Of a stretch of 64,000 nt of DNA, positions 19,996 to 30,587 are shown one piece after another; position 1 is the first letter of the stretch, and each line of letters starts with the position of its first letter. A program made the translations under genes and the position numbers. The DNA is from an uncultured Chloroflexia bacterium (GTDB lineage Bacteria > Chloroflexota > Limnocylindria > Limnocylindrales > CSP1-4), in assembly GCA_963828165.1 (NCBI GenBank), contig CAWHDR010000001.1:1-64000 (forward strand), given 5' to 3'. The notes beneath the pieces are model-generated. The model ran no database searches. It was not told the DNA's origin and was given only the letters and a program-made list of their open reading frames with translations.

Positions 19996-20031
19996 AACAA
20001 ATGACCCACCCGCCGCAGGGGCGTGGTGGGC
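19996..20031 (-). terminator. Candidate attenuator terminator in the carA leader
   Basis: Minus strand GCCCACC...GGTGGGT followed by CATTTGTT, downstream of the PyrR-type loops. Confidence 0.45.
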
Positions 20032-20055
20032 GAGGGCGTGCGCGAACATCCGAGC

Positions 20056-20115
20056 CTCCTTCGCCGGCCTCACGGGACCGGTACGCCAGCCTCACAGGAC
20101 CGGCCATGAAAGGAC
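20056..20115 (-). promoter_or_regulatory. Two tandem PyrR-binding hairpins (pyrimidine attenuation leader of carAB)
   Basis: Minus strand CCTTTCATGG-CCGGTCCTGTGAGGCTGG-CGTA-CCGGTCCCGTGAGGCCGG-CGAAGG; both match the RGUCCNGNGAGGCY PyrR loop. Confidence 0.75.
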
Positions 20116-20166
20116 GCCGTCAGGGTAGCATCCGGCGGCCTTTGGGACGCAGCGTCAGGACAAAGA

Positions 20167-20198
20167 AGAACGGGCGACCTCGAGCGGTCGCCCGTTCT
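20167..20198 (-). terminator. Intrinsic terminator after the CHRD gene
   Basis: 13-bp perfect stem AGAACGGGCGACC/GGTCGCCCGTTCT, followed by TCTTTG on the minus strand. Confidence 0.7.
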
Positions 20199-20214
20199 GC
20201 GTCGGCGGCGAGGC

Positions 20215-20703
20215 TCAGTCGGTCTTGATGTTCCCGCGGATCTCACCGGGCTGGTAGGTGTTGGTGTGGACGTTGGCGTACGACGCACCGTGGCGCATCG
20301 CGCGGATCAGCTCGCCGAACTCACCAGGGTCGATCCCACGGCCAGGGCCGACGACGTCGGCCGCGGTGATATTGCCGGTCACCGTGCCATTTCGCGGGCA
20401 CACCGGCTTGCCACCGCCGCCGCACAGGAAGGCGATGACGCCGCCATTCACGTCGGGGCGGGCGAAGTGGATGTGCGCGAAGAGCGGGTCCTCCGAGAAG
20501 TCGCGGACCGTCAGGCGGTAGCGCAGCGTGTCGCCATGGAGCTCGGCTCGGAATGATCCACGCGCGGCGGTCGCGATCGATGGGACCTCGAGGTAACCGT
20601 TGAGCGACGCTCGGAACTTGTTGTCGTTATCGCCACTGGCGATCGGGGCGAGAGCGACCAGCAGCAGGCCGGCAGCCGCGACAACGAAGAGCAGTTTTCG
20701 CAT
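20215..20703 (-). CDS. Secreted CHRD domain protein
   Basis: Signal peptide; LNG..EVP, AHIH, YANVHT...PGEIRGNI. Confidence 0.9.
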   Translation of the reverse strand: MRKLLFVVAAAGLLLVALAPIASGDNDNKFRASLNGYLEVPSIATAARGSFRAELHGDTLRYRLTVRDFSEDPLFAHIHFARPDVNGGVIAFLCGGGGKPVCPRNGTVTGNITAADVVGPGRGIDPGEFGELIRAMRHGASYANVHTNTYQPGEIRGNIKTD

Positions 20704-20947
20704 CCCGTGTCCTCCTTCGGGTGGCTGGATTTGACGGTCGGTGCGTTCGCGCTGGCCCGTCTGCCTCCCTTCTACAATTCCGGGCGCGCGTCGACGCTGG
20801 GGACTCGACAGTCTCTCCGAAGGTACGAGGCGAGTGGTCGGATCGGTTTCGCCACGTGGTGGAATGCCGTCGTCGGCAGGGCCCGACCGGACGCCACGAA
20901 GACGCCGGGCGACCCGCGACGGATCGCCCGGCTGGCGCTCCTGTGGG

Positions 20948-21406
20948 TCAGTCGCCCAGCTGCCCGCGGATCGCGCCGCCCGGGTAGGCGGTGGTGTGCA
21001 CGTTCACGTAGTAGTTGTCCGGATCCGCGATGATCGCGGCGGCGGTTGCGGCGTCCGTGAGCACGCAATGCGACGCCATGTTGCCGGTCACATTGGCACC
21101 CAGCGGATCGAGAAACACGACGGGCGGGCCGGCGACGCCGGCGGCACCCACGTGGATGTGGGCGTCAGTGATCTGGCGACCGATGGCCTGGACCTTGCCC
21201 GTGTAGCAGACGGTCCCGTTCGGGTAGATGTCGAGCGAGACGAAGCCCTTGCCGTTGGGGTCGCCGGGGCCCGGGAATTCCTCGGCGCCGCTGAGCGACG
21301 TCGTAAGGGTCGTATGTGACGAGGCCGATGCGATGCCGGCCATGGATGCGAACGCAAGGCTCGCGACCAGGAAGGCGAGCGGGAGCAACGCGGAGCGTCG
21401 GATCAT
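20948..21406 (-). CDS. Secreted CHRD domain protein
   Basis: Signal peptide; LSGAEEFP, AHIHVG, YYVNVHT..YPGGAIRGQL; AGGAGG RBS before ATG at 21406. Confidence 0.9.
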   Translation of the reverse strand: MIRRSALLPLAFLVASLAFASMAGIASASSHTTLTTSLSGAEEFPGPGDPNGKGFVSLDIYPNGTVCYTGKVQAIGRQITDAHIHVGAAGVAGPPVVFLDPLGANVTGNMASHCVLTDAATAAAIIADPDNYYVNVHTTAYPGGAIRGQLGD

Positions 21407-21637
21407 GGAGTACCTCCTCCTGATGACGACAACCACCCCCGGGGTCCAGAGGTGCGGTCGTGTGCACTCTGGTGCCGCTGAGGGTACGGGCTGGCGCATG
21501 CGCTGCGTCAGCCCGCAGGGTTTTTCGTGGTGTGTCAACGCACCGCTGCGCGATCGGCGTCATACCGGCCGCGCCCACACCCCCGTTTCGCGATACGCGG
21601 GTGTCCGCTTCAGGGTGAGGCCGGTTGGGCGGGTTCC

Positions 21638-21690
21638 TGGAGTGGTGGTGAGCCCGGAAGGACTTGAACCTTCAACCGCTGATTGAGAGT
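21638..21690 (-). repeat. att-like direct repeat: duplicated 3' half of tRNA-Lys
   Basis: 21638-21677 is identical to 23558-23597, then continues with one indel and one substitution to 21690. Confidence 0.9.
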
Positions 21691-22663
21691 TGTTCTGGCG
21701 TGCTCAGGGCGGATTGAGCGTATAGTATTGGCATCCACCTACCTACAATGCCAGTAAGGGGGTATGGAATGGGGTATCGGACACCGTGGCGGTTCAGCTT
21801 CTCCTCGCGATAGGGACCGCGTTCTCGCGGCGCGCTCGGGGCCTTTGCGACTGGCGCTACGCGCCAGTGCTGGCGTCGTTCGTCGGCGCCGCGGTCGTCG
21901 CTGCGGTGCTCGCATCGCCTGGGAGTCCAGGGCGGTCCGCTCGCGTCTGCCGTTCGCCGGCCATTCGAGATCCAACTCTTGGACCTGTGGACCGAACTAC
22001 AGAGCCTGCGGAAGTTGCCCGGTGACGAAGCTACGCACCAGACAGTTGCTAAGTTCGAAACAAAATTTTGGGCGGTCATCGAAATTGAGATGCCGGAACG
22101 GGCGGCCGTTACCGAGGCAGCTACCGGCGGCAGGTGGCGACCGACGGCCCGTCGCAGTCCCCCAGCGACATTTACCACCGCCTTGTCATGCTCAACACAC
22201 TCCTCACGCAACTGATTGAGGAGGTCGGCTGACCCGGTCGGCCAGACCGACTGACCAGTAGGCGGGATCGAGGGTCTAGGACCGAACCGGGGCGTTGACA
22301 GGCTAGCCGTCGCGGCTTCACTGACACTTACCTCATGGCACGGCGAGTAGCGAGGAACAGAAGCGCGCGGCAGGGTTGCAGGCGGGCCGGCGGATGATCG
22401 CCCGCGGCGAACGACCAGGCTACCGCCTCCGGGCGGGTCAGGACGGCGCGTGACCGTCGTCGGCCTCCCCGGCGTTACGGTGACCGCCGAGACAAAAAAG
22501 CCGCCTGACGGCGGCCAGGACGGCTATTCCTCCGGTGTTGGAGGTCGACTCGGAGTCGTTTGACGTCGAGGGCTAGCACGGGCCAACAGGGACGGCGAAT
22601 GGTTATCTTCTGACGTAGCGTTTCACTGATACACGTCGGTCATCACATCGATAGGAGGGCACC

Positions 22664-23232
22664 GTGGCTCACTCGGAGGAAGTGCTACACGCGGATCGTC
22701 TCCGCCGGGACGGCAGCATCACCTGGGAGGAGTACAAGAGCCTGCTGCGTGGCAAGTTCGTTGCCTCTGTGGGAGACATGGTGACCGACATTGCCAGGGG
22801 GATTCGGGATAGGGATGGTCGTCTGAGGGAGCTAAGGACTGGGCGGCAAAGGCTAAGGGCGGACAGGCACGGGAGGTACCAATGACGATCCCATTTGATT
22901 GGACTGAAGAGCTCGACCAATGGGCGCGCAGGACGGCAGAGGACATGCTCATCGGCACGGCTGGGGCGATTGACAGTGGCGGCAATGATGACGGAGCGGT
23001 CATCGAGAATTGGTTGCGGCGCGTGTGGCATCCGGCTTTCGATCCACTCATATTTCGAACGACAGGCCAAACTCGTTACCCTAATCTTCTACCTATCCTT
23101 CTGCGGAACCATCCAGGCGATGTGGACAGCGCAAGCCGGGGGAATCTCCCAAGCAAGCACCTCGCCACCATCTTTGAAGTGATGAACCAGTTGAAAGCTG
23201 GAGGTGCTGGAGCCGGGGGGGTCGCGCGCTGA
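22664..23232 (+). pseudogene. Short islet ORFs/fragments of unknown function (22664-22885, 22882-23232)
   Basis: RBS-led GTG at 22664, ATGA-coupled second ORF; atypical composition; no family recognised. Confidence 0.35.
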
Positions 23233-23349
23233 TCAACTGATGCGTCGGAGGGTGCCGGTGCGGAGCGGCACTCTCTCCGCCCCGGCTTGGGTGGTACGCG
23301 CCGACCGCGTGGTGATGCGCTGGAAACGTCCGGCGTACACCGCTGGTAG

Positions 23350-23501
23350 GGCGAGGAACTCGCCGTGGTTTCCCGATCCTCGGCCACGCCAGCATCACGA
23401 CGACGGTCAACTTGTACGGCCACCTGACCGACGCGATGCTCGGCCGAGCGGCGGAACGGACCGATACGATCCTAGGGTTGCGGAACGTCGAGACGGCGTG
23501 A
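23350..23501 (+). pseudogene. Tyrosine recombinase/integrase C-terminal remnant
   Basis: GEELAVVSR/(frameshift)ILGHASITTTVNLYGHLTDAML...* contains the LGH...T..Y.H catalytic box. Confidence 0.8.
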
Positions 23502-23521
23502 GAGGTACGGGTGGAATCAAA

Positions 23522-23549
23522 GGCCCCCGGAGAATGGCCTCCGGGGGTC
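23522..23549 (-). terminator. Terminator hairpin downstream of tRNA-Lys
   Basis: CCCCCGGAG/CTCCGGGGG stem followed by TTTGATT on the minus strand. Confidence 0.65.
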
Positions 23550-23565
23550 ATTCGGCGTGGAGTGG

Positions 23566-23640
<75 letters not shown>

Positions 23641-23703
23641 ACGGGTCCGGGATGATACCGCACCATCGCGGACCCGGCGACCGGGGGGCCGTAGACTCTG
23701 GGC

Positions 23704-24075
23704 GTGCCCACCGATCTGGATCCGGCGACGCTCGCCTCGCAACGCTGCATCGCGGCCAACGACTCGACACCCCCATTGGGGCCCGATGAGGTCGCGCGAC
23801 TGTCCGCGGGACTCGACCCGGCGTGGCAGGTCCTGGACGAGCGATTGGTGCGCGAGTTCGCATTCCCGACATTCGCCGCCGCCTTCGGACTTGCGACGCG
23901 CATCGCACTTCTCGCGGAAGGTCAAAATCACCACCCCGCACTGGACGTCGCGTGGGGCCGGCTGACCGTGACCTGGACCACGGACGCGATCGGCGCCTTG
24001 AGTGCGAACGACGTGATCATGGCGGCCAAGGTCGACCGGCTCGTAGCTCGCGGATTCGCGTTGAAGGACGGCTGA
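23704..24075 (+). CDS. phhB: Pterin-4-alpha-carbinolamine dehydratase
   Basis: AEGQNHHPAL, LSANDVIMAAKVD. Confidence 0.88.
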   Translation: MPTDLDPATLASQRCIAANDSTPPLGPDEVARLSAGLDPAWQVLDERLVREFAFPTFAAAFGLATRIALLAEGQNHHPALDVAWGRLTVTWTTDAIGALSANDVIMAAKVDRLVARGFALKDG

Positions 24076-24202
24076 CCGCCACGACCGCGTCCATTCACGA
24101 GACGTTGACGGTGGGGTGATGCTGTACGGGTACGGTCGACGGCGCTCCCCACATCGAGCGTCCCGACAGATCCCGAGGGCCACGACAGCCGAAGGAGTCC
24201 CG

Positions 24203-25507
24203 ATGCCTACTGTCCAGGCCGCTGCCACCGTCCGCCGCCGGATCGCGCTGTTCAGCACCGCGGCGATCCTCGCCACGCTCATCGCAGCGCCGACCGGGGC
24301 GTCCGCGGCGTCGCCGGTCACGCGCTTCGCGACATTCAATGCGTCGCTGAATCGGGGCGCGGCCGGCCAGGCCCTGACCGACCTGTCGGCTCCGGGCAAC
24401 GCCCAGGCCGATGCCGTCGCCGAGATCATCCAGCGCGCCCGGCCCGAGGTCCTCCTCATCAACGAGTTCGACTTCTACGCGCCCACGGCGGCGCATCCGG
24501 ACGGCCCGCTCGTGGATGCATTCCGGGACAACTACCTCGAGGTCGCCCACAACGGCGCGGCCCCGATCGACTACCCCTACTCCTTCGTCGCACCGTCGAA
24601 CACCGGCATCTCGAGCGGATTCGACCTCAACAACAACGGCGTCACCGACACGTCGCCCGGCGACAACCCGTACGGCGACGACTCATTGGGCTTCGGCGTG
24701 TTCGAGGGCCAGTTCGGGATGGTCGTGTACTCGCAGCACCCGATCCTGACCGACGACGTGCGGACATTTCAGCACTTCCTGTGGAAGGACATGCCGGGCG
24801 CCCTGCTGCCGGACGACCCCGCCACGCCGGCCGCACGCGACTGGTACAACGCCGACGAGCTGGCGATCTTCCCGCTCTCTTCGAAGAGCCACTGGGACGT
24901 GCCGATCGACATCGACGGCGCGGTGGTCCATTTCCTGGTGAGCCATCCGACGCCTCCGGTTTTCGACGGTCCGGAGGACCGGAACGGAACGAGGAACTCG
25001 GACGAGATCCGCCTGTGGGCCGACTACATCACCCCGGGGCCCGCATCGTCCTACATCTACGACGACAACGGAACGCGCGGGGGGCTGAAGCCTGGCGCAG
25101 CGTTCGTCATCGCCGGTGACCAGAACTCCGACCCGCTCGATGGCGACAGCATCCCAGGCTCGATCCAGCAGCTGCTCGAGCATCCGCTGGTGAACACGAA
25201 GGTGACGCCGACCAGCGACGGTGGCGCGTACTGGTCCGAGTTCCAGGATGTCCTCAACGACGCCCACGAGACCGACCCGCATGAAGACACCGCGGACTTC
25301 TGCGACACGCCTGCCTTCCCGCCGTGCAGCGGCCCGGGCAACCTGCGTGCCGATTACGTCCTGCCGCGCCGGTCCCTGAAGATCGTCGACGCCGCGGTGT
25401 TCTGGCCGTTCCCGCCCGATCAACTGGTTCGCCTCACGGGTGCCGGATTTCCGGTTCCCTCGTCCGACCACCGACTCGTCTGGGTCGACGTCCGCATCCC
25501 GGGCTGA
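24203..25507 (+). CDS. Secreted endonuclease/exonuclease/phosphatase family protein
   Basis: RFATFNASL, INEFD, LSSKSHWDVP, HPTPPVFDG, GDQNSD, LRADYVLP, SDHRLVW. Confidence 0.88.
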   Translation: MPTVQAAATVRRRIALFSTAAILATLIAAPTGASAASPVTRFATFNASLNRGAAGQALTDLSAPGNAQADAVAEIIQRARPEVLLINEFDFYAPTAAHPDGPLVDAFRDNYLEVAHNGAAPIDYPYSFVAPSNTGISSGFDLNNNGVTDTSPGDNPYGDDSLGFGVFEGQFGMVVYSQHPILTDDVRTFQHFLWKDMPGALLPDDPATPAARDWYNADELAIFPLSSKSHWDVPIDIDGAVVHFLVSHPTPPVFDGPEDRNGTRNSDEIRLWADYITPGPASSYIYDDNGTRGGLKPGAAFVIAGDQNSDPLDGDSIPGSIQQLLEHPLVNTKVTPTSDGGAYWSEFQDVLNDAHETDPHEDTADFCDTPAFPPCSGPGNLRADYVLPRRSLKIVDAAVFWPFPPDQLVRLTGAGFPVPSSDHRLVWVDVRIPG

Positions 25508-25547
25508 CCCCAAGGTCGGCAAGCCCCCGGCCGGGTGATCCCGGCGC

Positions 25548-27843
25548 CTAGGCGGTCCCGCCCGCCTGCGCCGGGGCCTGCCCGGACTCGTCCTCGCCCT
25601 CAAGCTCCAGCTCGTCCGATTCGCCCTCGATCGTCACGCGCGGTATCCACGACAGGAACGGCGGCATCCACCAGTTCCACTCCCCGAGCAGGCGCATCGA
25701 CGCCGGCAGCAGCACGCTCCGGATGACCGTCGCGTCCAGGAAGACCGCGACGGCCAGCCCGAACCCCAGCTGCTTGATGATCGCGAGCTCGAGGGTCACG
25801 AACACGGCGAACACCGCGACCATGATCGCGGCCGCGCTCGTGATGGTGCCTGCGGTGATCGAGATGCCACGCTCCACGGCGGCGTCCGAGTCGAGCCCGC
25901 GGTCGCGAGCCTCCTTGATCCGGGTGAGGATGAAGACGTGGTAGTCCATCGATAGCCCGAACAGGATCGTGAAGATGAAGATCGGGACGAACGACTCGAT
26001 GACGCCGGGTTTCACGTTCAGGATGTCGGCGGCCCAGCCCTCCTGGAAGACCAGGACGAGCAGCCCGTAGGCCGCCCCGGTCGATAGCAGGTTGAGGATG
26101 ATCGCCTTGATCGGGATGACGATCGAATGGAAGGCCACGAGCAGCAGCAGGAACGAGAAGCCCAGCACGAACACGAACACCTGGCCCATCCCGTCCTCGT
26201 AGAAGCCCACGACATCGGCGGTGAAGGCCGCATCGCCCGTGACGAGCGCCTCGACTCCTGGGAGGCCACCGAAGATCCTCGGGACGACCTCGTCGCGCAC
26301 ATCCCGCACGGTCGCCCGGTTGGCAAGGTCGTTCTGACCGCCGGACATGACCACCGAAACGAGGGCGACCGTGCCGTCCTGCGATGGCCGCGTCTCGACG
26401 GGACCGCTCAAGCCGTCCCGGGCCACGAGCTCGTCCGACAGTCGATCGATCGCCTCCTGCGTCGCCGGCTCGTCCGCCTTCGTGACGACGACCTGGAACT
26501 GGAGGGTCGAGCCCTCCGGCCACTTCTCGTTCATCAGGTTGATCGCCTGGACGCCTTCGATCTTGTCGGGGAACGAGGCGAAGTCGCCCTGCCCGATGTG
26601 CAGGCGCAGGACCGGCGACGCGAGAGCAAGGAGCAGCCCGGCCGACACGACGAAGGACAGGACCGGGCGGCGCATCGTCGCCCGCACGACGCGGCTCCAC
26701 GGCCCGCTCCCCTCCTCGCGCGGCCGGCCGAGTACCGGCAGGCTGAACCGATTCACGTTCTGGTCCAGGATCGACAGGAGCGCGGGCAGGAACGTGAGCG
26801 ACCCGACGACCGAGATGAACACGACCGAGATCGTGCCGATCGCCATCGAGCGGAAGAGCGGGTCGTCGAGCAAGAACAGACCGCCGATCGAGATCATCAC
26901 CGCGAGTCCCGAAAAGAACACGGCACGGCCTGCCGTGCTCGACGCCGTGGCGATGGCCCCGAGCTTGTCGCGTCGTCGCCGCTCCGTGCGGAAGCGCGTG
27001 ATCATGAACAAGGAGTAGTCGACCGCGACGGCAAGGCCGATGAGGACCACGAGCTGGCTCGCGTACGGGCTGACGGGCGAAACGAACTGGCTGTACAGGG
27101 CGAGGACCCCGAACGCGGCCAGCAACGATGTGACCGCCAGGATCAGCGGCACGAAGGCCGCGACCGCCGCCCCGAAAGCGAGCAGCAGGATCGCGAAGGT
27201 CAGCGGGATCGTGATGCGCAGCGAGTTGTCGAGGTCGTCGTTGACGAGCGTCTCGATGTCGTCGTTGGCGAGGATGCCGCTGAGGCCGTGGATCGCGCAG
27301 GTCGGGGTGGGCTTCACGTAGCGTGTCGAGGAATGCGGGGACCGGCAGGAGCCGCTCCACCACGACGTCGCGCTCGCCTGGCATGCGCGCCACGACACGG
27401 ACCGTCGTCCGGTCCGGCGAGACGAGGCCGGCCTCGGGCGGCGCCTGGAGCGGATCGATGACCTGGTCGAAGGTCGGCATCACGGCGCCGCCGACCGTGG
27501 ACGTGAGCGCCGTGGCGCGAGCCACGATGTCCGCCACCGCGGTGACGTTCGCCTCGTCGTCGACCGTGCCGGTCCCGGACGAGACGACGATCAGCAGGTC
27601 CTGGCTCGGATCGTCCGTCGTGCCCGAGGCGTTGAAGACGTCATACGCACGGCCGGATTCGTACTCGGGTGCGCTGTCCTCCTGGACCGCGTTCTCGGCG
27701 TCCGTGCCACCGGCCGCGAGGCTCAGGACGAAGATTCCGATCGTGGCCACGAACCACAACGCGATGACCGGCCAGCGATGGGCGGCACTGAAGGATGCGA
27801 CCCGCACGGTCCAGGGCGGGCGTCGCGTCAGGGCTGGGGCCAT
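25548..27843 (-). CDS. MMPL/RND family transporter (apparent +1 frameshift near 27295)
   Basis: GLAVAVDYSLF, STAGRAVFFSG, LFGLSMDYHVF, LDATVIRSVLLPA, WNWW; N-terminus in the adjacent frame. Confidence 0.9.
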
Positions 27844-27852
27844 TGGCGAAGC

Positions 27853-28347
27853 CTAGCGTCGGTCGGGGGTTCGCTCGTCGAGGGCCTCGAGGAGCCGGTC
27901 GATGAACGGGATCTGGGTGTCCTTGATCCGCAGCCTGGCCTCGTCCGGAACGAACCATTCGACGCGGTCGATCTCGGGGACCGTGATCCAGGCGCCGGAG
28001 CGCGGCGGCCACTGCAGGGGGAAGGTGTTGCTCTCGGCGGCCGCCGGGTCGAGGTCGCCCTCGACGGCCCACGCCTCGACGAGCTTACCGCCCTTCTGGC
28101 GAATCTCCCCGAGCTCGACCGGGTCGCCATCGGGCGCCGGATGGCCGGTCTCCTCCTCGAATTCGCGTCGAGCCACCGCCCAGGCCTCCTCGCCGTCGTG
28201 GAATTCGCCCTTGGGCACGGTCCAGACGCCCTCGTCGCGCTTCGCCCAGAGCGGTCCGCCGGGATGGGCGAGCAGCACCTCGATCTCGCCGTCGGGTCCG
28301 CGGCGGTACAGCAGGAGCCCGGCGCTCCGGCGGGAACGGGCGCTCAC
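27853..28347 (-). CDS. NUDIX hydrolase
   Basis: SAGLLLYR, HPGGP, PKGE...ARREFEEETG Nudix box, WPPRSG. Confidence 0.9.
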   Translation of the reverse strand: MSARSRRSAGLLLYRRGPDGEIEVLLAHPGGPLWAKRDEGVWTVPKGEFHDGEEAWAVARREFEEETGHPAPDGDPVELGEIRQKGGKLVEAWAVEGDLDPAAAESNTFPLQWPPRSGAWITVPEIDRVEWFVPDEARLRIKDTQIPFIDRLLEALDERTPDRR

Positions 28348-29870
28348 TGGTTGTCGATCTGGGCTCGCTGCAGTCGGCCGGAGAAGTCGACGTAGATCGA
28401 CTTCCATTCGGTGTACGTGTCGAGCGCCACGTTGCCCGCCTCTCGATGGCCGTTGCCGGTCTCCTTCCAGCCACCGAACGGCAAGTGCGTCTCGGCGCCG
28501 GTGGTGCCCGCGTTCACGTACACGATGCCCGTCTCGAAATCGCGCATCGCCCGGAAGGCCGTGTTCACATCCTGCGTGTAGATACTCGATGACAGGCCGT
28601 AGCGGGTCTGGTTGAGAGCCACCATCGCCTCGTTGTAGCCATCGACCGGGATGACCGAGAGCACGGGCCCGAAGATCTCCTCCTGCCCGATCCGGTCCAT
28701 CGCGTCGACGCCCGAGAAGATCGTGGGCTCGAAGAAATGGCCGTGCGTCAGGTCGCCACCGGTGGCGCGACCGCCGCCGATCACGAGCTCGCCCTCGCCG
28801 TTGCCGATGTCGATGTAGGAGGCCACCTTGTCGACCGCGCCGGCGTTGATGAGGGGGCCGACGTCGGTGGTTTCGTCGAGGCCGGACCCGAGGCGCAGCT
28901 TTCGTGCGCGCGTCTCCAGGCGCTCGAGGAGCGGTTCGACGACAGCGCGGTCCACGATCACGCGGGAACATGCCGTGCAGCGCTGGCCGGTGGTACCGAA
29001 GGCGCTCCACAGGATCCCGTCGGTCGCGAGGTCGAGGTCGGCGTCCCTGAGCACGACCACCCCGTTCTTGCCGCCGAGCTCCAGGGAGAGCCGCTTGAGC
29101 CGCTGGCCGGCCTTCACCGAGATCGACCGGCCCGTCGCCGAAGAGCCCGTGAAGGAGATCACCCCGATGTCGGGGTTGTCGACGATGGCGTCGCCGACCT
29201 CCGCGCCACCGCCCGTGATCAGGTTCACCACGCCCGGCGGAAAGCCGGCCTCGGCCATGAGCTCGACGAGGAGCGTGGCGCAATGCGGTGTATCGGACGC
29301 CGGCTTGAAGATCACGACGTTGCCGGTGACGAGGGCGGGCATGATCTTCCAGCACGGGATCGCCATGGGGAAATTCCACGGCGTGATGATCCCCGCGATA
29401 CCGATGGGTTGGCGGATGCTCATGGCCCACTTGTCGGGGAGCTCGCTCGGGACCGTGTCTCCCGACATCCGGCGTCCTTCGCCAGCCATCAGGTAGGCGA
29501 TGTCGATGCCTTCCTGGACGTCGCCGCGGGCCTCGGAGAGGACCTTGCCCATCTCGCGGGTCATCGCCCGCGCCAGGCGTTCCTTGTGCTCGGCCATGAG
29601 ATGCGCAAACGCGAACATGATCTCGCCGCGCTTCGGCGCCGGGGTGCGCTGCCACATCGGCCGGGCTGCCCACGCCGCGCTGACCGCCATCGCGACATCA
29701 GCCGCATTCCCCTGCTGGAAGCGCCCGACGATGTCGCGCTCGTCCGCGGGGTTGTGGCTCTCGAAGGTCGAGCCGCTCGTGGAATCGGTCCACTCCCCGG
29801 CGATGAAGTGGCGGAACGTCGGGACGTCGGTCGGCGTGGCGTTCGAGGGGGGCGTCGCGGTCTCGGTCAT
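28344..29870 (-). CDS. Aldehyde dehydrogenase family protein
   Basis: ITPWNFP, FTGS, LELGGKN, GQRCT, EEIFGPV, PFGG. Confidence 0.95.
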   Translation of the reverse strand: MTETATPPSNATPTDVPTFRHFIAGEWTDSTSGSTFESHNPADERDIVGRFQQGNAADVAMAVSAAWAARPMWQRTPAPKRGEIMFAFAHLMAEHKERLARAMTREMGKVLSEARGDVQEGIDIAYLMAGEGRRMSGDTVPSELPDKWAMSIRQPIGIAGIITPWNFPMAIPCWKIMPALVTGNVVIFKPASDTPHCATLLVELMAEAGFPPGVVNLITGGGAEVGDAIVDNPDIGVISFTGSSATGRSISVKAGQRLKRLSLELGGKNGVVVLRDADLDLATDGILWSAFGTTGQRCTACSRVIVDRAVVEPLLERLETRARKLRLGSGLDETTDVGPLINAGAVDKVASYIDIGNGEGELVIGGGRATGGDLTHGHFFEPTIFSGVDAMDRIGQEEIFGPVLSVIPVDGYNEAMVALNQTRYGLSSSIYTQDVNTAFRAMRDFETGIVYVNAGTTGAETHLPFGGWKETGNGHREAGNVALDTYTEWKSIYVDFSGRLQRAQIDNQ

Positions 29871-29885
29871 GGACGCGAGTGTAGG

Positions 29886-30446
29886 TCAGACGCGCCGCAG
29901 GACGTACGCATGCAGGTCCTGCTGGAGCGCACTGAGGGTTGCGCGGGACCGGGGCGGTGCCGGGAGCTCCGCGAGGATCGCGCTGGTCTCCGGCGTGAGG
30001 TGGCCCTGCTGCCAGCGGGCCTCCTTGGCGACTGCGCCCGGATCATCGGGGGCGGCGAGCCCGGCGGCGATCGCCGCATAGGCGACGCCGCGAGCGTGCG
30101 AGGCCATGTGGGCCACGGCGGCTGCGTGACCCGCTGCGCGAGCCGCGGCCGTGGCTGCCGGGTCGCCGACGTCTCTCGCGGCGGCGTGTGCCGAGACGGC
30201 CAGCGTGCGTACCGGCCCGATCCGCAGCTCGCCTCGGGAGAAGGCCCGTACGCCGTCGATCGCATCTCGAGGCCGGGAGTCGCCGGGGGCCTGCGCTTCG
30301 AACAGGGGCAGCGTCCGCTCGGCGCAGTCCGCTGCCCAGACGGCCAGCACGCGCCGTTCGTCCTCGCCCAGGGTCAGGGCGCCCGGCTGGCGGCGCGACT
30401 CAGGCGTGGGCGTCGAGCCAGGCTCGGAGGGAGGGTTCATGCTCAT
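29886..30446 (-). CDS. Imm5-like ('putative immunity') domain protein
   Basis: WAADCAERTLPLFE...DSRPRDAI...AHAAAR...AAGHAAAVAHM. Confidence 0.7.
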   Translation of the reverse strand: MSMNPPSEPGSTPTPESRRQPGALTLGEDERRVLAVWAADCAERTLPLFEAQAPGDSRPRDAIDGVRAFSRGELRIGPVRTLAVSAHAAARDVGDPAATAAARAAGHAAAVAHMASHARGVAYAAIAAGLAAPDDPGAVAKEARWQQGHLTPETSAILAELPAPPRSRATLSALQQDLHAYVLRRV

Positions 30447-30587
30447 CGGCTGGCCACGGGTTCGAGGCAATCTCCGTTCGCGGGACGCCGTAGCTCGGCG
30501 GCGGGCTGTCGGGTCGGTCGCGCGGCGACTCCTCGGCGAAGGCGCCTTGGCGAACGGTCACCCGCTCGATCTGCGTCGCCGGGGCAG

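Noticed and set aside
21646-21690. Second tRNA-Lys gene
   Set aside because: Only the 3' half is present, with an altered anticodon arm; it is the att duplication
29886-30446. Toxin-immunity module
   Set aside because: No adjacent toxin gene; Imm5-like proteins are often orphan
30447-30587. Short inverted repeat CCGTTCGC/GCGAACGG in the spacer
   Set aside because: 8-bp match in GC-rich DNA, not repeated elsewhere
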